From Phoronis australis (Eukaryota > Animalia > Phoronida): a stretch of 64,000 nt of DNA. Location: positions 689,748 through 753,747 of the forward strand of contig NMRA01000015.1 in assembly GCA_002633005.1 (NCBI GenBank). The letters run 5' to 3'. Position 1 is the first letter of the stretch. The number at the start of each line of letters is the position of its first letter. Below, piece after piece: positions 46,901 through 57,822 of the stretch. The position numbers and the translations under genes are program-made. The notes under the pieces are model-generated. The model ran no database searches. It was not told the DNA's origin and was given only the letters and a program-made list of their open reading frames with translations.

Positions 46901-47803
46901 TTCTCCATTATATGTCCAAAAGTAATAGTCATCTTACCTAAATAACACTCAATATACCTTTAATCCCAGCATAGCTATTTTTAGATATAGCAACTGTCCA
47001 TTGAAATAATGCTTTAGTTGCACTGGATGCCTATTTTTTATCCTCACTTTGCTTTACAATTTGCATACGAAGTGGGTGGGTATTTGAAAATCTTTTCCAT
47101 TCGTATACCGTGTACTCTTGAAGGGTTGTTAGTTGGAATGGCTCTTACAAAAGAACCAACATCCTGAAAAATTTTGTCTGCGTCAACTGTGTCCATCTTG
47201 TTGGACTAATTTCGAGTTGAGTAAAAATTGCATTAATTTGTACTTTCAGGACAGCTCTGTGTTGAAGGTTTTCTCTGATTGAGTTATTTGGCATGGCATG
47301 ACTTGCATGTTGTACCAGGTACTTTTCAGTAACCGCCAGTGCAATGTTGTCCTTTAATGTTTCATTCAATTGTGGTTGTTTTACTAATTGTGAATGGCTG
47401 TAGCTGAGAAGTGGAGAATTCTATTGATTTTTCTCACAATAACTTTTCATGAGAGTACATGGTGTGAAAGCTGTTGAACACATGTTGAGGAATGGTTAGA
47501 TCTGATAGACTCAAGTTGACAGTTCATTTAATGCCAATGATACATATCTAATCTAAAGTCAACCACATACTGGTACTAAATATTTCTTATTGAAAATGTA
47601 CCAGGTGAAATATTGGTGCTAAATGTTGATACCCTAGGGAGGTTCATGTTAGGATGAATATCACTGCTGTCACAGATGGTATTATTAAACACTACTTATT
47701 AGCCTGAATATTTTTTTCTCTAGGATTTTGGTGACTGTCCTTTTTTACCAAAACAGTGTCATTATATTTTTTTGAAGTCTTTATGTAAGACTTAATGGAG
47801 GTG

Positions 47804-47814
47804 TAATAATATTA

Positions 47815-47857
<43 letters not shown>
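47804..47857. repeat. (TAA)n microsatellite
   Basis: Directly visible. Confidence 0.95.
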
Positions 47858-50771
47858 GTGGAATCGTGAAAAGCTTGATTAATTATTCAAATACACTGCA
47901 TAACTGTCGTGAAATATATTCACCAGATTATTGTATCATCGTGTGTCATTTCATTCTTAACGATATGCAGCTCTAGTTAGGAAGGCAATAATTGTGTCCG
48001 TGTTTTTTGCAAGAGATTACTAAGTACGCTCACAGCAACAATGAATAATTAATGAACTTATCTGCAGTCAGCCTGTTCTTATGAGTCTTTTTGCGGAAAA
48101 TTTCATTGAATACTATATGTGTGCAAAATTACTGCAATCCACCAAATTTTGTGTCGATTAATTGCAGATATCTAGATTATACTGCGATAGATTATTACAT
48201 ATACCTGTTTATTAATTACACAAACCAGAGTTTAAGAGGCATATGGCGCAGTTGAGTGGATGGTGCATATCGCACTGTTGAGTGGATGGTGCATATGGAA
48301 TGAGCCTCATTTCTTAATTATGGTATGGAAGAGCACTACTGAGCTTTGATTAGATCACAAGGGTAAGAGTGAAAGTGTAGAATGTGACAAGAGTTGTCTT
48401 GAATGCTTGGCGATTACAGAAATTTTGCCGCAACAGAATTAGGCATTTTTTGCAAAGCACTAGCTCAATTGAACACAACTAGTGTTTCTGGCTACACATG
48501 GCATGGTTTTAGCTTTTACTGTATTGAGTGAATTTCAACATAAATCTGTTACTACCTGTCACAAAGTGTGCTTGTCTTCACTTCATATCACCACAAGTGG
48601 TTGTGTTCTGAATGTCTGGTCAGTTAAGTAGATCTAGTTTCAATTGGCTTCAAATTTTCCAGTTTAAACAAACATAAGACACAGGTATTTAGCACATGTC
48701 TTGTATTAGCATTGACAGTAGTGTGTGGAATATCTATGAGGAGTTGATAGATAAATAGAATTGGATGCAATTTTTGTGATTCTGGCTATTAAGTGAGTAT
48801 TATTTACTCGATTAGTTATCAGTCAACATCTGTTTTGAATTTGTAGCAGCAATATTAGTTATGATAAAATTTTCAAAACATATTAAGGTGGCAGTTTTAG
48901 TTTGAGTGTACAGGTCTTTCAAATGTTCTGCAGCAGTTTAAGATTGAAGCAACTGCACTCAGGGTTTGAGACAGATCTCAAGAGTCAAGACTGCATTTTG
49001 TACAGCATATTTCTTCCGAGATTACACAAGACCATGCAAAATCACAGGAGTGAAACGCGAGTATTTTGTGAGTGAGTTCAGAACCGTGCTGTTTACACTA
49101 GCAAAGTTACAAAATGTCCGCCTCTGAAATGATTGGTCAGTGGTGCTAGAATGTTGTATTATGGGATAAAGTTATTCAAGTGAGGATTTCTGGGTAAAAG
49201 TGTCTTGCTGTATGCTTCAATCTGAACATTTCAATGCTTTGTTAGTTTTGTCGAAAGAATTGTTAGATCTTGAGTAAATTATCATAATGTATGCATGCCT
49301 TTTGAGTGCATGGTTGTCATATAGCAAAAGGTACTTTACATGAAATTCATTGTACGTGTGTTGTATCATTGATAGAAAAGGTATCTGAGACTCAAAAAGA
49401 CATATTTTTTTTACTACACAGAAAATGTCTGTTTCAAAGGGTGCGTTCAATTGTTGAGATATTTTCAGCTGACTACTTCTCAACGTTTTTTGTTCATATT
49501 GATTGATTAGTAAGTTCCACAGTTAGAAATCAGAGGTGTAAAAAGCGTGCTGAGTGGTTCTGTTGTACTAACTATTATAATAAATGTAATTTGATATTCA
49601 TCCTTCATACTTTAATACTTAGATTAGACATATATGTGTAACACAAGATGGTAATTGGAGGTTATCCTATGGTCATCACAAATGGTACCACATTATTGGG
49701 AAATTAACGACGTACCTTTGGTCAATCTTTGGGTGGCCTTCCTCGATCAAAATCAGGATTTTGAAAAAGTTTTTGAAGTCTAAATGCTGTAAGTCTGACA
49801 GAGCATAGATTGCATATTCTAACATCTCAATGGTTGCACCGCATTACACTTTTCATAAATTACAAGCTTCAGATTTGGCATTAAGCCGAGCCTTGGCGTT
49901 TAAAAGTGAAAAGTTTGAAATTTTGCTTGTGTTCATCGGAACATGGGGTCACCAATGGTATTATAGAACATTGTGCCAATGTTATTGGGCATTAAGTTGC
50001 ACTGAGGTTTGTTTATTTCAAAATAAAAACAAATAAGATGATGTAATCTCAGGGTAGGGCACAAGTCTGCTGTTCAAACATTTCTAGGATTGAGTTTCAA
50101 TGTCAGGGGGAGTCGATTTCTCTGGCGTCGCTATAGAGCTGGCACATTAGGGTTATGACTCCCTCCCCCTCATTGCAAAAAGGCCAAACCCCAGTCGAAA
50201 ATCTTAGATTCCAATTTTCTGTTCATTGCAAAGTGCCCCTCAGATTGCCACTAATCGTTTTAGCCCCTGCCACTCCCAGGACCTCAGAGCTGTTTCCTTC
50301 CACTTCCTGGTCCCTGGTCTGTTGAGCACTGCTTCACTTTGTTTTCTTATCTGTATCTCCTAATATTTATTTCTTATTTTTTGTACATTTTACTTATTGA
50401 TTTTTCATTTGTTTATTTGTGCGAGAAGCGCCTTCTTAATAGGGGTCTTCTAATTTAATTTGCATTTTGATAAACATTGTTTTTATAGCTTAGTATACAT
50501 GTTACAGTCTCTCTCTCTCTGACCCCTCTTTAATCCCCTCCTCCTCGCCCTCTCCCCCACACTCCCCGGTTGCCAACAATTTCGCTATTGTCCCCCTGTT
50601 GCGTATTTCTGGTTATGCCAATGGTAGAATTGATGAGGATTCATAAGGGAGTTTAGAGCATGTCATACGTGATATGACTTTAATAGGACAGAGAGGTCAC
50701 GTGATATGACTTTTAATAGGACAAAGAGAGGTCACGGCTTCCTTCTCTCCCAGATAAGCACAGTCATTCTA

Positions 50772-51009
50772 GGTCACCCTGGCTCCCTTGGGTCGGAATA
50801 CAGTCACCCTGGCTCCCCTGGGTCAGAATACAACGCTTATAGTAGTTACTGCACCCTGGCTCCCTTGGGTCGGAATACAATACTTGTACTGGTTACTGGT
50901 ACTGGTCACCCTGGCTCCCTTGGGTCGGAATACAATACTTGTACTGGTTACTTGTATTGGTCACCTTGGGTCCCTTGGGTCCGAATACAATACTCGTAGT
51001 GGTTACTGG
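50772..51009. repeat. Tandem repeat, core GTCACCCTGGCTCCCTTGGGTCGGAATACA, 5 copies, unit length about 30-55 bp
   Basis: Directly visible; linkers are variants of atacttgtactggttact. Confidence 0.9.
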
Positions 51010-54000
51010 CTTTGTAGCTTACTTTAAAGCTTACATGAGTGGCAAAAATGCTAGTTGTTTTGCAGTAGTCAAAGCCGTTCATGTAGAGGTCGTTTTTGGC
51101 AGCATTTAGTTTGTTTCCTCACCACCCTAATCGCTTTTAAATAAAGCAAAAAATATGTCAAAACATATTCACCCTTATTAATAAATTGATTAACACAAAG
51201 ATATACAACGACATCTTTCCCCCCTGAGACACTTGTGTGACCTATTTGAATCAATAGATCTGTCTATAAAAGTGCCTGCAAAAGTGCCAGTAGTTTTAGG
51301 TGACTCATAGCATCATCACAAAAGACTTGCAAACGTTCAGGTCATTTGTGTTTTCACTACTAGCAAGACTAAAGGCTTTGTAGGACCTTATCAACATGTC
51401 TGTGCATTTAGATAAATAGATTTCAACTCAGCAAAGTAAATATTTTCTGGAAATACAAACCCTGTAAAATTCGAGTTTTTATGTACCTGTTTATTATAAA
51501 TTGGTTGGCATGACCATGTCATTTTATTGAAATTAAGCAAAAAAGAAAGGGACTTGGATAGCAAAATAATGTTATCAGTTACTTGATCATATTTTATTTG
51601 ATAGAATATTCACGGAGATTTATTAAAAAATGCTTCTAAAATATCATTTTTTATTTGTTTTATGCAACTTTTCATAAAAATGATTAAAGTCCTATTTTTG
51701 ATTGCCTCTCCTGCAGAACATTTTAAAAACAATTTCTAACAGTGTTTTTGAGAACAGTGCATCCAACTTAATATGTTAAAGTTTTATAGGAATCCCATCA
51801 GCTCTCTTCATATGTGCCTAATGTTCCAATTTGGTCATTTTTATAGGGTTCTACCTAACCTTAATTAGTGAAAACGCTAGTTTTACACAGTTTCTGATGG
51901 GGTATGACTGTCTTGTGGCCTGTTTTTTCAATACCAGCCAACCTTCAGTTGTTGCAAGCACAGAAATTGACAAGTCAGATAACAGGTCCCAGGCAAGTGA
52001 ATGAGTCATTAATGAAGATGGGAATTGCTTTTTGTAGTCTCCCTTAAGCAAATAACATTTATTTTTTATGAGCATGCAACCAAAGATTTCTGATGAGCTT
52101 TGTGATGGTATATCCAGGGTATGGCAAGTCTTCAACTACGGTATTTAGCACTCAATATTGTGGACAAGTGAAATCTTATTTTTTCACCGAAAAGAAAATT
52201 AAGGAAATTGCAGTCTATTATTTGCGTGGATTGAACAGTCTAGATGTCATAAAACAACATTTGGTCCAGTTTCTATTATTTAGAGCTAGGTACGGTGTTT
52301 CTCCACTTTTCACACAAAAATAATTGTCAAGTGGGTCATTTCTTCATTTTCAAAGCCTTACTACCTTTTGACAATTGATGAGAGTTTCAGGTGTTTTATG
52401 ACGTCTACACACTACAATATATAAGCTTGTTATTGAATAAATGTTCTTGATCTACATTTGTGGAGAAATTTAACAAAGTAGAAGCTGACTTGTCGGCCAT
52501 GTTCATTCTACATAATTATGTGGAACAATTACTGGAATCAGCATTTAAAAAATTAAGAAAAATGTACAATTTTGGCAATTATTTTTGTGCAAATAAGTGG
52601 AGATTTATCATATTCAAATACCCAAGGACTTAAAGTACTCAAGGATTGTTGATTTGTTGAGCGTGTGACTCTTCTATAAATGTTGATAGTATTGTCTCAT
52701 GCTTTACTAGTTAGAGTTCGTTGGAGTTCATACCCTATTTGTTGCTACACTGAGAGGAAATCTAGTCAGATTAATGGACAAGATAATCGCCAGTTATTTG
52801 AATTATCTGGTGTCTGTAGCCATTTCTAATGGTTTGTGGCATCAGTTTAGATTGGGAATGCGTCATGAATTGTAGTCAATCTTTCTTGTTTCAAAGCAAT
52901 AATTTTGTGGTGAAATATCATTTTTGGTAATTTGATGTTTTATAGTAACTTCTGACAATGATTAGCACGAGGTGAAGTTTGTAATGTCATCTCAGTAATA
53001 ACTATAGACTGACTTACAGATGTATTCAAAAGAGGGCTATCAGTTGCAAGTTAATTTTAAGATTTCTTAATTACTTCATAACTCAGAGGCAATTTTGTTG
53101 TAGGGAATAATTATCATTTAAAAGTGATTTTTTGTTATCCCTGCCAGTTGTAACTAAATTTATTGCCTTGAATTTGACAATGTTGCTCAGTGGTGTTGAA
53201 CTAATTTCTCTAGCAACATGTTTGCTTTGGCTTAAAACCTCGATACAGCACCAGTGAAGTGTAATTCAAATGCATGACTTGTCTTGTCTGTTGGACTGGT
53301 TTGTGCTTTATGTTCCATTGATTTCTTGACAAGCAGAGTTTCTGCTGGTTTGGTATTCAGTGTTGTACTTTGGGAAGCATATATTGTTGTCAAGCAACTC
53401 AGTAGTACCATCACGTAGTTGGCTTTCTTGCTCTGCCCTCTTTAGTGTATGATCAGAACTGAAAAGCATTGGTGACTGATGATGAGTGAATGTATGACAT
53501 AATCTGATCAATTTCAGGACACAATATGTCCAACATAGTGATGCACAGTGTCCAACTAATGCTTTGCCGTAATCAAGTTCTGTTCATATATGTAGGTACA
53601 ACTGCATATTGGTTGTCATAAGAAATGTTGAAAACTTACCTATACAGCACTCAGTTTCTGCTAAAGTGTTAACCCAGTCTAACAAGGGAACTATTGATTT
53701 AGTTCAGTTACAACTTGTTCCTTACCACAGTTGAGAAGTGATGTTTGGGTTTGTAAACACTTGACAGTTGGCTGCAGTTTACTTGGATAATATTACCTGG
53801 CTATGCACCTGGTCTGAAATCCTCCTCCTCCTGTGCAACTGTTGTGGGAGCACTCTGATTTACACAAATGCTGTCTTTGGAAGAATTTGAAGTTCTGAAT
53901 TACCCTAGTGGTTACCTGATTTGGAAAAATACAAGACCTAAAAGTGATATGGCGGTGCATTTCAGTTCTTTTTTGTGGGTCCTACTATTACTCATAGAAT

Positions 54001-54234
54001 TCCAGCACATACTGGCAGAGCAACTGATCTAAGGATTTTATCAAAACAGTATTCAACACTACATTATTATCAGCACTTTTGTGATAGTAAATGATACCGA
54101 AGACAATGTTCCCAGTCTTATTCTGTTAGGAGACAAAACAAAGCTTAAAATAAAACTTATCGCTCGATTTTTTTGCTGTAAAATTTACCCTTATGTACTT
54201 GTTGTCTTTCAGTTTGAATCAAACATCTCTTCTG

Positions 54235-54515
54235 GGCCCGGTCTCTAATCTTTGTACTCGAAACGAACTCGAAACTATTTTTGGCAATTTCTATGCTCCT
54301 TTTGTGCGAACTTAAGATAATTGGTTATTAGACTGTGCTCGAATACATTATAGTTTATGCATAGGAGTTTCTAGTTCAAGTTTGCCCTTGAAGACCCTTA
54401 TATTCGTGCTACAAACTCGAGTAAAAACTTTTCTTGAGTTCGCCCAAAAGTAGAGTAGAAAATGCCAAACCTAATTTCGAGTTCCATTTCGAGTAAAAAG
54501 ATTGGAGACCGGGCC
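54235..54515. mobile_element. PIF/Harbinger-like MITE (281 bp) with 3-bp CTG target-site duplication
   Basis: CTG|GGCCCGGTCTCTAATCTTTGTACTCGAAA ... TTTCGAGTAAAAAGATTGGAGACCGGGCC|CTG. Confidence 0.85.
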
Positions 54516-55342
54516 CTGGTTTAATACAGCATAGGTTACACCACACCATTTTATAATAAATAACATAGGTGACCATTGTGCCTGATCCCGTTTTAAGGCT
54601 TGTAATTTTTTTGAATTGATGTCCGTTTTCCCACCCTAGTTCTGCCGTGGACACTGTGTTACCCACAGGAAGTGTCATTCTATTTCATGTGTTTATTGTT
54701 TTCATTCAGGACTTGAGTCTGTCAGTCTCTGTTATCCTAGGCTAAGTGTGCATAAAAACTGCAAATAGTTTTGAAATAGCATACCCTCACACTACTTGTG
54801 ACTGACAGGTTGAATTGACAGTCTCCTATAATTTTACTGACGCATCATGGGTCACGAGTTCCCAGTCTTCAGTTGATTTACGTCTTTTTTATGAGTGCTA
54901 TTTGATAAAATCTCACCAAGTATTTGCCAAAATGACTATTTTCCACTTTTCATTCCTTGGCATTGTTGTGAATCAGCTGTAGTATAGAACTTGACCATGG
55001 TGCTTTAATATTTAAAAAGAATTAGGTCTTTAGTACCTTGTGCTTTGTTAGTAAAGGAGGCTAGAAGCTAGCCTGAACCTCCACAAAGAGCTGTAGGGAT
55101 TAACTGCTTTTTTCTAAGTTGTCAGACCTGTCTTAGCTGTGTCAGCTGTCCAGGCTACCAGTCTTGATGGACATTATGTCACCACTGAATGAGGCCACTG
55201 TTTATTTTGATGACCACTGAGTGTCCTCACTAGTTGAGTCATTCACCCCCACATTGAGCTTTTGACAGTTGGTTACATCTGTACACAGTATGTGAGCAGT
55301 ATATATTCCATGATGTAGCTGTTATTGAGTCAGAGCAGATAC

Positions 55343-55846
55343 CAGGCGTGGGTTCAGTAGACGCTAGGACCTACGCTAGGACCTAGCTAAAATCTAGTCA
55401 AGGTCACGTGTTCTTATTTAAAATGCACGGCAATATCTCACGTAATCTCGCGATGTCTTGCCTTTTAGCGAGGTCTTAGCGTTACTGAACGGGTGGCTGG
55501 ATAATCTCAGCTGGTTGCCTCCCCGTGTATACATTGCCCACATATAAAGACCTACCTTCAGCTCTGTACATTGGTAATGTAAATGCATGAACATTCTGCT
55601 ATGACTCAGGTAGCCGATAGTTCATCTACTCCAGGTAACTTTCACTGGAGGCAACCAGTGGAGCTCACAGCTCTATCTGGGTAGAGTTCAGTAGCAGTCG
55701 CGCGACTAGAAAAATCTAGCCAAAATCACGTGTTCTCATCACGTGTTTTCATTTAAAATATTTGGCAATATCTCACGTAATCTCACAGTCTTGCTTTTCA
55801 GCTAAGGTCGTAGTGTAGGTCCTAGCGTTTCTCAATTCTTTCCTGG
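55343..55846. mobile_element. Two neighbouring copies (about 55343..55500 and 55677..55846) of a short Harbinger-like MITE
   Basis: Shared core aaaatctag.caa..tcacgtgtt...atttaaaat...ggcaatatctcacgtaatctc; inverted ends gttcagta..cgctaggacct / aggtc.tagcgtt.ct.aa; CWG-like flanks. Confidence 0.6.
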
Positions 55847-56646
55847 ACTGAGCCATAAGTGCCGATTTCATTAGGAGTTAACTGTGGAACAAGTCACTCA
55901 GTCTTGGAACTAATTGTGACTAGATTTAGTTGACTCTAGACTCAGGTATGACAACTTACCCCACCTTATTCTGATAAAGGTAGCTTGTTCTGGGGTAACG
56001 TTGCCTTACTCAAATAAAATTTAGTGTGGGACAAGGTAGGATTATGGTTATTGGCTGTACACTTCTTCAGTTACAAACACATGAATGTCTACTCCTATAT
56101 GCACCATGTTGAGAGATGTAGGATACAGTGTAGACTCTCAGATGAACAGAGTCAAATTGTTCTTATCTTTGGTGACTGATAGTGTGGAGATGAGTAAAGT
56201 CACATGTTGGTGCAATGTAAACAGCTGGTCCTTGACAAAGGTGGAGTTATTAAACAAATCTTTTGATTGAATAATTAGCAGGGGATGGTAATTGTGTCGT
56301 GGTTAAAAATACAATGTCTCACTGGTTGGCTGAACATTGAAAAAGGTTCATCTTACTCTGAAGATTCTGTGTATCATTCATTTGATCTTATTGATGCCCC
56401 CAGGGGACTTAATTATATCCTTGGAAGACAACTAACGTCTGTATAAGTCATGCTGGTTTGCAGTTAACATTGTAATATGCTTGTTTCTTGAAATTAGAAA
56501 AAAATCGGGTCAGTCGTGAAATCAACAAATGGGACATTATAAGTGGTGCACCATTAAAATTTTTGTCCAAGTAAGAAAGTCTGTTTCAGTCAGTTATGAT
56601 TTTCTTTTGATAGAATTTGAAAACAACTTGAACATTTTCACAAGAA

Positions 56647-56652
56647 TTTATT
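56647..56652 (-). terminator. Candidate polyadenylation signal (AATAAA) of the AKR gene
   Basis: tttatt on the + strand about 220 nt downstream of the AKR stop codon; T-rich sequence follows on the - strand. Confidence 0.55.
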
Positions 56653-56874
56653 TAAAACCCCCATTCAAGCTTCAGTTGGTCTTTTGACAAATATCATTTT
56701 CAGATGTTCTCTTTGTCTGAAGAACCATCTTTTAAATCTAGTTGTTTAAGGTCTGCTAAAACATCCACAAAATCTAATTCCTAACATTAACACTTCCCCC
56801 TAGTTAAAGAAGAATGATCATCCTTCACTTGCCACATGTGATGTTCAATGCATGCAGTTACTCTAGCCACCCAC

Positions 56875-57822
56875 TTAGAATGGTTCATTGAACGGCCAAT
56901 ATTTGTGGTCCTTGATTGGCCAGAACCAACAGCTGCGCCACCCTCTGTTCAGCTTCTCAACTTGACACATGTCCTCGTCTGTCAGCTCGAAATCCATGAC
57001 ATTAATATTCTCTTCAATTCTTGATGGCGTCACACTTTTCGGAATGACACTAGTGCCTCGCTGAATGTTCCAGCGAAGGACAACTTGTGCTATGCTCCTG
57101 CCATGTTTTACTGCAATGTCTTTCAAACTCAGTTCTGTGAACAGTGATGGGTCGTCTGGTTTTCTTACCGGGTGATCGGTCGATGCCAACGGACCATAAC
57201 CAGTGAAGACTATGCCTTTATCCTTGCAGAAGGCAACTAGCTCCGTCTGTATGAGGTACGGGCTGCATTCAGCCTGTAAAACCGCTGGCTTCACTTCACT
57301 GTTGTCCCACACATCTTGAATCTGCTTGCTATTGAAGTTGGACAGACCTATAGTGTTCACCAAACCTTCCTTGAGACACGTCTCCATTGCTTTCCACGTA
57401 AGCAAGTAAGAATCATCCACTGTGAGAATCTTACCATCCGCATCTTTGGGGACTATTGCCTCTCCTCGTTGGAATGCGACTGGCCAATGCATAAGGTATA
57501 GGTCGAGGTAATCGAGACCTAAATCTGACAGTGTTTTCTTCAATGCTGACTTCACATCATCGGGGTGATGGTTGTTGTTAGATAGCTTACTGGTGATGAA
57601 CAGGTCTTCACGTTTCACAAGGTTATCAGCTATGGCTGTATTTATGCCTTCACCAACCTCATGTTCATTAGCGTAGGCTGCTGCACAGTCAAAGTGACGG
57701 TAGCCTGACTTGATGGCATGTTTCACTGCATTTGCCACATCTCCAGGTTTTGATTTCCATGTGCCCAACCCAACTGCAGGTATGGTGTACCCACTCAACA
57801 GCTTCAGATTGGGAACGGCCAT
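56875..57822 (-). CDS. AKR1A1: Aldo-keto reductase family 1 (aldehyde reductase AKR1A1-like), 315 aa, single coding exon
   Basis: Likely ATG at 57822 (aacATGG context; the ORF track start is an upstream GTG). Motifs GLGTW, GYRHFDCAAAY, REDLFITSKL, LDYLDLYLMHWP, IGLSNFN and VIPKSVTPSRIEEN; catalytic tetrad D45/Y50/K79/H112 intact; C-terminus HKYWPFNEPF. The subfamily symbol is a best resemblance, not proven orthology. Confidence 0.95.
   Translation of the reverse strand: MAVPNLKLLSGYTIPAVGLGTWKSKPGDVANAVKHAIKSGYRHFDCAAAYANEHEVGEGINTAIADNLVKREDLFITSKLSNNNHHPDDVKSALKKTLSDLGLDYLDLYLMHWPVAFQRGEAIVPKDADGKILTVDDSYLLTWKAMETCLKEGLVNTIGLSNFNSKQIQDVWDNSEVKPAVLQAECSPYLIQTELVAFCKDKGIVFTGYGPLASTDHPVRKPDDPSLFTELSLKDIAVKHGRSIAQVVLRWNIQRGTSVIPKSVTPSRIEENINVMDFELTDEDMCQVEKLNRGWRSCWFWPIKDHKYWPFNEPF

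Noticed and set aside
50772-51009. Repeat-spacer pattern resembling CRISPR
   Set aside because: The linkers are variants of one sequence, so this is a degenerate tandem repeat.
413-57822. Hydrolase plus AKR as a detoxification or biosynthetic gene cluster
   Set aside because: They are 36 kb apart, separated by unrelated loci, with no sequence evidence of co-regulation.
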